Positions 23,989-30,067 of a stretch of DNA of 32,000 nucleotides are shown here, piece after piece. Within the stretch, counting starts at the first letter, position 1, and each line of letters starts with the position of its first letter. The stretch covers positions 390,001-422,000 of the forward strand of contig NZ_CP040089.1 in assembly GCF_009617975.1 (NCBI RefSeq), read 5' to 3'. This DNA comes from Candidatus Nanohalobium constans (GTDB lineage: Archaea; Nanohalarchaeota; Nanosalinia; Nanosalinales; Nanosalinaceae). The notes beneath the pieces were generated by a model. It had not been told where the DNA came from and made no database searches. It worked only from the letters and a program-made list of their open reading frames with translations. A program made the translations under genes and the position numbers.

Positions 23989-24636
23989 ATGCAAGAGCAA
24001 ATGCAGAAAGAAGGGAAAATGGACGAATTCAAAACAGGTACTACAACCCTAGGACTAACAACAGACGAAGGAGTGATCCTAGCAGCAGACAAGAGAGCTT
24101 CTCTAGGCGGACGGTTGGTCAGCAACAAGCACGCGCAGAAAGTATTCAAACTAGATGATAACATCGGTTTGACAATCGCCGGAAGCGTAGGAGACGCTCA
24201 GAGGATTGTCAGAGTAATGAGAAGCCAGTTAAAGCTTCACAAACTGGAGACAAAGGAGCTTTCCCTGAAAGGTGCTGGAACCCTGCTTTCCAACATCCTG
24301 CACAATAACAAGATGATGCCTTTCATGAATCAGTTCCTGATGGGAGGAGTCAAGGATGGAGAAGGAGCAGTTTACAGCCTTGACCCTGCAGGAGGACTGA
24401 TGGAGCATCCGAACTACACAGCAACAGGGAGTGGAAGCCAGATGGCATTCGGAGTACTGGAAGACCAGTATGAAGACGGAATCGACCACGAAACCGGACA
24501 GAATGTAGCAGTTCAGGCTATTCAGGCAGCTATGGAGAGAGACACAGCGACCGGAAACGGTATCATGGTTGCAGAGATTACTGAGGATGGCTTCGAAATC
24601 CTTGAAGAGAAAGAAGTAGAATCCAAACTCAAATAA
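23989..24636 (+). CDS. psmB: proteasome subunit beta
   Basis: A short propeptide is followed by the active-site TTTLGLTTDEGVILAADKRASLG and LTIAGSVGDAQ. The start is ambiguous (GTG 23977, ATG 23989, 24001 or 24019). ATG 23989 lies 26 nt from the TATA-like box. Confidence 0.95.
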   Translation: MQEQMQKEGKMDEFKTGTTTLGLTTDEGVILAADKRASLGGRLVSNKHAQKVFKLDDNIGLTIAGSVGDAQRIVRVMRSQLKLHKLETKELSLKGAGTLLSNILHNNKMMPFMNQFLMGGVKDGEGAVYSLDPAGGLMEHPNYTATGSGSQMAFGVLEDQYEDGIDHETGQNVAVQAIQAAMERDTATGNGIMVAEITEDGFEILEEKEVESKLK

Positions 24637-24708
24637 AGAAAGGAGACTGAGATCACAAAAGGATCTCAAAAAAGAAGTACTCGGTTTATTACTTCTCTCC
24701 TCCTTTCT
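24637..24708 (+). other. 72-nt element that can fold into a three-way junction (9-bp closing stem plus two 7-bp hairpins) between psmB and aCPSF1
   Basis: All pairs are Watson-Crick and were checked by hand. 24637-24645 (AGAAAGGAG) pairs with 24700-24708 (CTCCTTTCT). 24648-24654 (TGAGATC) pairs with 24662-24668 (GATCTCA). 24673-24679 (AGAAGTA) pairs with 24690-24696 (TACTTCT). Confidence 0.4.
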
Positions 24709-24723
24709 CACACAGTTTAACTC

Positions 24724-24731
24724 TATTTTAT
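24724..24731 (+). promoter_or_regulatory. TATA-like box for aCPSF1
   Basis: TATTTTAT is centred 27 nt upstream of ATG 24754. The T-run could also act as the psmB terminator. Confidence 0.4.
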
Positions 24732-24753
24732 CAATCAAAGTGAATCAACAACA

Positions 24754-26631
24754 ATGGAAGAACTAGAAGATGTGAAACAATTTTTACCAAGCTACGCAAG
24801 CGTATCAGAACTAAAATACGAAGGATCAGACATTGTAATATACACAGACAGTGAAAAATTCTTCTTAAACAACTCAGATACTGTAAAAGAAATAGTATCA
24901 GAACTGAAAAAAAGAGTAGAGATACGACCATCCTCAAAACTATACACAACACCTGAAAAAGCCAAGAAAAAAGTCAAGGAACTTGTCTCAGACGAAGCAG
25001 GAGTAGAAGAAGTAATAATGCAGCCAAGCCTCGGAAAAATGATAATCCGGGCAGAAAAACCCGGAGAAGTTATAGGAAACCGGGGCTCAGGACTAGACGA
25101 AATCAAGGAAAAAACTTTGTGGAGCCCGCAGGTCGAACGAGTACCGGCCATCGACTCCAAAGTAGTAGACAGAGCCCGGGAGCTAACAGTAGAAGATCCA
25201 GAATTCCGGAAAGAATTTTTGCACGATGTAGGAAAGAAAATCAGGCTTGACAAGTCTGTAGGCGATGAATGGGTCAGAGTTTCCGCATTAGGAGGATGTA
25301 GACAGGTCGGAAGGTCCTGTTTCCTTCTTCAAACTGAGGAATCAAATGTACTACTGGATGCAGGAATCGATCCTGCAGCAGAATCAGGAACGCCGGAGAA
25401 CTTCCCATACCTGAACGCTCCGGAACTGGATTTGAAGCAGCTAGACGCTGTTGTACTCTCTCACGCACACATGGACCACTGTGGAATGATCCCTTACTTA
25501 TTCAAGATGGGTTATGACGGTCCTGTGTACTGTACTGAGCCGACAAGAGACATGATGATCATGCTGACCTTGGACTACATCGGACTGGCTCACTCACAGA
25601 ATAATACTGCACCTTATGATTCTACAGCAATTAAGAAAGCAGTTAAGAGAACAATCACTCCTGACTACGGTGAAGTAACCGATATCACCCCGGACATGCG
25701 GTTGACACTTGAGAACGCAGGGCACATAATTGGTTCATCGCTATGCCATATTCATGTAGGAGAAGGACTCCACAACCTGCTTTACACAGGAGACTATAAC
25801 TACGATAATACCGAGATGCTTAGAGAAGCATCCACCGACTTCCAGAGAGTCGAGACAATGATCACAGAGTCAACTTATGGAGGTCGAGATGATGAGCAGA
25901 CTCCAAGAGAAGAAGCGAACAAGAAGTTCCTCTCCAAGGTCAAACAGACCTTGAACAAGGGCGGAAAGGTTATCGTACCAGCTTTCGCAGTCGGAAGGTC
26001 TCAGGAAGTATTAGGCCTTCTTGCTGATGAGATGGAGCGCAGCTACTTCGACTACCCTGTCTACATCGATGGAATGATTAAGGATGCCAACGCACTACAC
26101 ACAGCTTACCCAGAATTCCTGTCTAAGAAAGTACAGAAGAAGATTTTCGAGGAGGAAGAAAACCCATTCCTCCAGGATAATATCAAGGCGATTGGCAGCC
26201 ATAATGAGAGGAAGGAAGTGTTCGATGAAGGACCATGCGTCATCCTGACCACCTCAGGTTCAATTACGGGCGGACCAGTGCTTTCCTACCTGCAGCAGGA
26301 AGCAGATAATCCTGACAACGCGTTGATTTTCGTTGGCTACCAGTTTGCAGGTTCGCTTGGACGGAAGATTCAGGATGGAGCTGATCAGATAGAGATAAAC
26401 GGGAAGAAGGTGGATGTCAACTTGGATGTCAATTCTGTATCAGGTTTCTCAGCTCACAGCGACAGGGAACAGATCATCGACTTCGCCAAAGACCTGAGAA
26501 GCACACCTAACAGGATTTTCACCAACCACGGAGAAGAGAAAAACTGTTACAGTCTGGCATCAGCACTGCACAAGATCCTGCATATCGATACCTCAGCACC
26601 TCAGAACCTGGAAGCAATGAGATTGGAGTAG
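24754..26631 (+). CDS. fttA: aCPSF1/FttA: KH-domain beta-CASP metallo-beta-lactamase ribonuclease (archaeal transcription termination factor)
   Basis: An N-terminal KH-like region is followed by the metallo-beta-lactamase motif VLSHAHMDHCGMIPYLF and the beta-CASP region. The 625-aa length is typical of aCPSF1. Confidence 0.95.
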   Translation: MEELEDVKQFLPSYASVSELKYEGSDIVIYTDSEKFFLNNSDTVKEIVSELKKRVEIRPSSKLYTTPEKAKKKVKELVSDEAGVEEVIMQPSLGKMIIRAEKPGEVIGNRGSGLDEIKEKTLWSPQVERVPAIDSKVVDRARELTVEDPEFRKEFLHDVGKKIRLDKSVGDEWVRVSALGGCRQVGRSCFLLQTEESNVLLDAGIDPAAESGTPENFPYLNAPELDLKQLDAVVLSHAHMDHCGMIPYLFKMGYDGPVYCTEPTRDMMIMLTLDYIGLAHSQNNTAPYDSTAIKKAVKRTITPDYGEVTDITPDMRLTLENAGHIIGSSLCHIHVGEGLHNLLYTGDYNYDNTEMLREASTDFQRVETMITESTYGGRDDEQTPREEANKKFLSKVKQTLNKGGKVIVPAFAVGRSQEVLGLLADEMERSYFDYPVYIDGMIKDANALHTAYPEFLSKKVQKKIFEEEENPFLQDNIKAIGSHNERKEVFDEGPCVILTTSGSITGGPVLSYLQQEADNPDNALIFVGYQFAGSLGRKIQDGADQIEINGKKVDVNLDVNSVSGFSAHSDREQIIDFAKDLRSTPNRIFTNHGEEKNCYSLASALHKILHIDTSAPQNLEAMRLE

Positions 26632-26632
26632 T

Positions 26633-27712
26633 CTAGAAATCTCCTAAACTACTCTGGTCCTCTATCTCCTTCAAATCGGAGATTCTTAATCCTATTCTTC
26701 TTACCTGTCCTGAGAAGTTTTCCAGGAATTCTTCCAGCAGTTTCTCCCCTTCCTGAATTATTATCTTTTTGTCGTTGACATGACTCTTCAGGGTTGTGCT
26801 GCGTGTATGCATCTGTATTTCGTCGTCGATCACTATAACCGATATTTTTCTGAACCCTACTCCTTTCTCATCTGCCTTTGGTACTATCTCCTGTGCCAGT
26901 TCCGGGAAGTATTTTTCTATGTAGCGTGGTATACTGGAGTTTTCTCCCAGGGTAGTTATCCGTGTTATCTGTTTCTGTTCTTGCGGTTTGACCTCTGAAG
27001 AGTCTTTTCCTCGTGCTTTCTCTTTCAGTGTGGGACCAAAGTTTTCGCCAAACTCTTCCACAAGCAGGGCGTTTTCTGCATTAGCCAGTTCTTCAACTGA
27101 GTTGATTCCCAAACTCTCCAGTTTTTCTCGAGTTATCTCACCTATCCCATGAATGTCCTCTATCTCTAATCCATACATGAATCCCCGGACTTCTTCCTCT
27201 CTAACTACTGTCAGCCCTTCAGGCTTCTGTCTATCCGAGGCGATCTTAGCTACAAGCTTGTTCGGAGCCACACCAATAGAACAGGTGAGATGAAAATCCT
27301 CTCCCACTTCTTTCTGAATCTCTTCAGCTACCTCAACTGCGTCATCTGTTTCTTCAGGTATTTCTAGATATGCTTCGTCTATTGAGGCTTGTTCAACTGT
27401 ATCCGCGTATCTCTCATATATTTCTTCTCTGATCCTGTCTGATACACTTCTGTAGTATTCCTTGTCCATAGGTACGAAGTGTACTTCTTGCTCTGCGTTT
27501 TCCGCAATATCTTTGGCTATTGTAATTGGCATCGCTGCGTGTATTCCTAGTTCGCGGGCATCATAGCTGCATGTTGAGACAGCACCCGAGTCTTCGCTTC
27601 TACCTGAATAAACACATACGACTACAGGACCTTCCATGTCTTTCCTGTTTTTCTCTACTGATGCGTAGAATGCATCCATGTCGATATGTAAAACGGTTTT
27701 TTCCCTTGTCAT
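26633..27712 (-). CDS. dinB: Y-family DNA polymerase IV (Dpo4/Dbh/DinB)
   Basis: VLHIDMDAFYASVE, SIDEAYLE and a downstream little-finger region are present. Confidence 0.95.
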   Translation of the reverse strand: MTREKTVLHIDMDAFYASVEKNRKDMEGPVVVCVYSGRSEDSGAVSTCSYDARELGIHAAMPITIAKDIAENAEQEVHFVPMDKEYYRSVSDRIREEIYERYADTVEQASIDEAYLEIPEETDDAVEVAEEIQKEVGEDFHLTCSIGVAPNKLVAKIASDRQKPEGLTVVREEEVRGFMYGLEIEDIHGIGEITREKLESLGINSVEELANAENALLVEEFGENFGPTLKEKARGKDSSEVKPQEQKQITRITTLGENSSIPRYIEKYFPELAQEIVPKADEKGVGFRKISVIVIDDEIQMHTRSTTLKSHVNDKKIIIQEGEKLLEEFLENFSGQVRRIGLRISDLKEIEDQSSLGDF

Positions 27713-27734
27713 AGGAGAAGTATCTGGTTTCTAG

Positions 27735-27741
27735 ATTTAAA
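27735..27741 (+). promoter_or_regulatory. TATA-like box for the Doc-like gene
   Basis: ATTTAAA is centred 29 nt upstream of ATG 27767. Confidence 0.4.
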
Positions 27742-27766
27742 CCCGTTGAAGATTTAATCAGTAGTT

Positions 27767-28321
27767 ATGTCCGAGCAGAAGTTCCTGTTAGACTGCGGTA
27801 GATTGGAAGATTATCTGGATAAAGAGCTTGTAATCAGCATTAACAGGATGGTTACTGAGACTGAAGAGGAGAGACAGAGGTTGAAGGAGAATGATGAGTT
27901 AAGCTCGGAAGAGTTCTCAGATTTTATTTCACTGTTTAGAGAGGGTCGTGATATCGAGTTTTCGAGAAACGAGGACTATCACCAGGTTATTAATGAGGGA
28001 ATTCTGGGCAACCTGTTTGAAAATATTCTTTTCATGGAGTGTAGACAGAACTCCGGTCTTATCCATTTGACTGCTTTTATAGTGAAGACTTTAGCGGAGT
28101 CTCAGGTTTTTGCTGATGGGAATAAGCGGACTGCTTACATCTCTGGTTGTGTGTTTTTGATGAGTTTTCAACAGGAGAAGGGCGTTGAAGCTCCTGTGAT
28201 TCCTTTGCTGGATGGGGATTTCGTATCTATTTTGCAGGATATCGCGGTTGGTGAGGAAAGCCTAGAGTTTCTGGAGGATTATCTGAGGTCTTTGGAGACG
28301 AGTATTGAAAGAAAGATTTAG
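27767..28321 (+). CDS. Doc/Fic-family protein with a degenerate active-site motif (Gln in place of the catalytic His)
   Basis: SQVFADGNKRTAY at 28100-28138 matches the Doc motif HxFx(D/N)(A/G)NKR except at the first position (CAG Gln at 28103-28105). The 184-aa protein has an acidic insertion N-terminal to the core. A TATA-like box lies 29 nt upstream. Confidence 0.8.
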   Translation: MSEQKFLLDCGRLEDYLDKELVISINRMVTETEEERQRLKENDELSSEEFSDFISLFREGRDIEFSRNEDYHQVINEGILGNLFENILFMECRQNSGLIHLTAFIVKTLAESQVFADGNKRTAYISGCVFLMSFQQEKGVEAPVIPLLDGDFVSILQDIAVGEESLEFLEDYLRSLETSIERKI

Positions 28322-28500
28322 ACTTCTACTGGCTGTGCCTCCGGTTTTTTGATGTATCGGCGGTAGTATTTCTTCAACTTTCTTTTCAATCTGTGTTCTC
28401 TCATCTCTTCGGCTTCGCTTTCCTCTGCTAGCTTTTCAAGGCCTCTTCTACTCTTCTTAGCTATGCTTCCGAAAAGTTTGACATCTTTTTCCTTACTCAT
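28318..28500 (-). CDS. small Lys/Arg/Glu-rich protein (60 aa), function unknown
   Basis: ATG start with the TATA-like TTATTTTT (28524-28531) centred about 27 nt upstream on the minus strand, the same spacing as confirmed genes. The translation is charged and helical. The stop overlaps the Doc-like gene's stop. Confidence 0.45.
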   Translation of the reverse strand: MSKEKDVKLFGSIAKKSRRGLEKLAEESEAEEMREHRLKRKLKKYYRRYIKKPEAQPVEV

Positions 28501-28602
28501 AATCTGTGATTGGCTTGCTAACCTTATTTTTGTGGGGGCTTTCCTAGGTGACGGAAAGGGTTTTAACCCGTCAGTGTATTAGTTTGTAATACTTGATAAG
28601 CG

Positions 28603-29562
28603 ATGAAAGCAATTGTACTAGCCGGCGGACACGCCACAAGACTCTGGCCGATAACCAAAAACCGTGCTAAACCACTCCTACCTATCGGGAAAAAACCAAT
28701 AATAGACTACATAATTGAAGATTTAGACGACTTAGACGAAGTATTGATTTCTACAAACGCTAAGTTCTCCACAGACTTTGAAGACTACGCAGAAGAATAC
28801 GGAAGAGACAATGTAAGAGTAGTTGTCGAAGACCAAGACTCAGAGGCAGATAAACCTGGTACAATCGGGGCCATACTGAAGATACTCGAACAGGAAAGCA
28901 TTGACGACGACCTGCTGATCATAGGAGGCGACAACATCTACAGCTTCGACATATCCAAATTCATCGATTACGCAGAAGAAAGAGGACCTGCAAACGTAGT
29001 CTACGACGTCAAAGACTTCGAACTAGCCTCCAGCTTCGGAATAGTAGACACAGACAAGGACAGAATCGTCGGATTCGAAGAAAAACCAGAAGAACCACCA
29101 AGCACCTTGGCATCAACCGCCTGCTACTACTTCCCAAAAGACCACATCAACCTATTCCAAGAATACGACAAACACTTCCAAGAAACAAGCATACCCAAGG
29201 AAAAGTACCTCGACGAACCCGGAAGACTCATCGAATGGGCACACAACCAAGTCGACATGTACGCATACAGCTTCGACGGACACTGGTTCGACGTAGGAAC
29301 ACGGCAAGGCTACCTAGAAGCAACCGCAGAAATAGTCGAAGGAAACCAGATTGAAGGAGAAACCACAGGATGCGACTTGGGAGAAAACGTAGTAATAATG
29401 GAAGATGCAGAACTAGAAAACGTCAAACTAAGAAACACAATAGTCTTCCCCAACACAAACATCGTGGATTCAGAAATCAGAAACAGCCTGATAGACGAAA
29501 ACTGCGAAATCCAAGACACCGACCTAAACGACGCAGTAATAGGAGAACACACCAAACTCTAA
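28603..29562 (+). CDS. sugar-1-phosphate nucleotidyltransferase with C-terminal left-handed beta-helix
   Basis: MKAIVLAGGHATRLWPITKNRAKPLLPIGKKPIIDY matches the GGxGTRLxPxT signature. GGDNIY and EKP are present, and the C-terminus has hexapeptide-like repeats. Confidence 0.9.
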   Translation: MKAIVLAGGHATRLWPITKNRAKPLLPIGKKPIIDYIIEDLDDLDEVLISTNAKFSTDFEDYAEEYGRDNVRVVVEDQDSEADKPGTIGAILKILEQESIDDDLLIIGGDNIYSFDISKFIDYAEERGPANVVYDVKDFELASSFGIVDTDKDRIVGFEEKPEEPPSTLASTACYYFPKDHINLFQEYDKHFQETSIPKEKYLDEPGRLIEWAHNQVDMYAYSFDGHWFDVGTRQGYLEATAEIVEGNQIEGETTGCDLGENVVIMEDAELENVKLRNTIVFPNTNIVDSEIRNSLIDENCEIQDTDLNDAVIGEHTKL

Positions 29563-29596
29563 ATCTTTTTCTTTCCTAATTTTATCCTCTCTAGGC

Positions 29597-29677
29597 TCAA
29601 AAGCTACAATTATTAGAGGTCAAGTATATTTCGAGCTTTTCTTCCGCAACCTGCATCATTTCTTCTTGTTGACTCAT
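29597..29677 (-). pseudogene. truncated HEPN gene remnant (26 codons) downstream of the orphan MNT
   Basis: The minus strand reads ATG AGT CAA CAA GAA GAA ATG ATG CAG GTT GCG GAA GAA AAG CTC GAA ... TGA, giving MSQQEEMMQVAEEKLEIYLTSNNCSF. It uses the same ATGA stop/start overlap with MNT as the intact pair at 13710. AEEKLE aligns with AEKRLS of the intact HEPN. Only 34 nt remain before the neighbouring gene's stop. Confidence 0.45.
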
Positions 29678-29997
29678 AGTGTAATTCCCTCTGAAGTCAC
29701 ATTTGTGTGGAAGCTATAGCCTCTTTCTTCCTTAGATCTAAACTCATTTTCCTCGTAAATCCGAGGAGAGAACATCAAGTCCCTTTCAGCCATATACCGT
29801 TCTACTATATCAAAGACTTTTTCTTCATCTTCTCTCTGCTCTTCATTAACCAAAATAACTACATCTATATCACTTCCTGGAGTATAATCATCACGGGCAT
29901 AACTCCCATACAGAATAATTTCCTCTACCTTATCGCCCAAGACATCTCTAACATCATCAGCAAAATCCTGTATATCCTCCTCAGAAGCAAGCTTCAT
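29674..29997 (-). CDS. minimal nucleotidyltransferase (MNT), paralog of 13390-13713
   Basis: MKLASEEDIQDFADDVRDVLGDKVEEIILYGSYARDDYTPGSDIDVVILV is roughly half identical, by eye, to the other MNT. I prefer ATG 29997, which lies 28 nt from TTATATTT on the minus strand, over the track start 30039. Confidence 0.88.
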   Translation of the reverse strand: MKLASEEDIQDFADDVRDVLGDKVEEIILYGSYARDDYTPGSDIDVVILVNEEQREDEEKVFDIVERYMAERDLMFSPRIYEENEFRSKEERGYSFHTNVTSEGITL

Positions 29998-30067
29998 ACA
30001 AACAATAACCAACGACTGAAAAATATAAGGTTGACCCAAAACATAGCCCCCCTTTTATTCAAAGTAT

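Noticed and set aside
28548-28576. Competing short hairpins (CTTTCC/GGAAAG, TGACGG/CCGTCA, GGGTT/AACCC) in the divergent promoter region upstream of the nucleotidyltransferase gene.
   Set aside because: The stems are 5-6 bp and mutually exclusive, and they lie within promoter DNA rather than a clear transcript. That is weaker evidence than for the 24637-24708 element.
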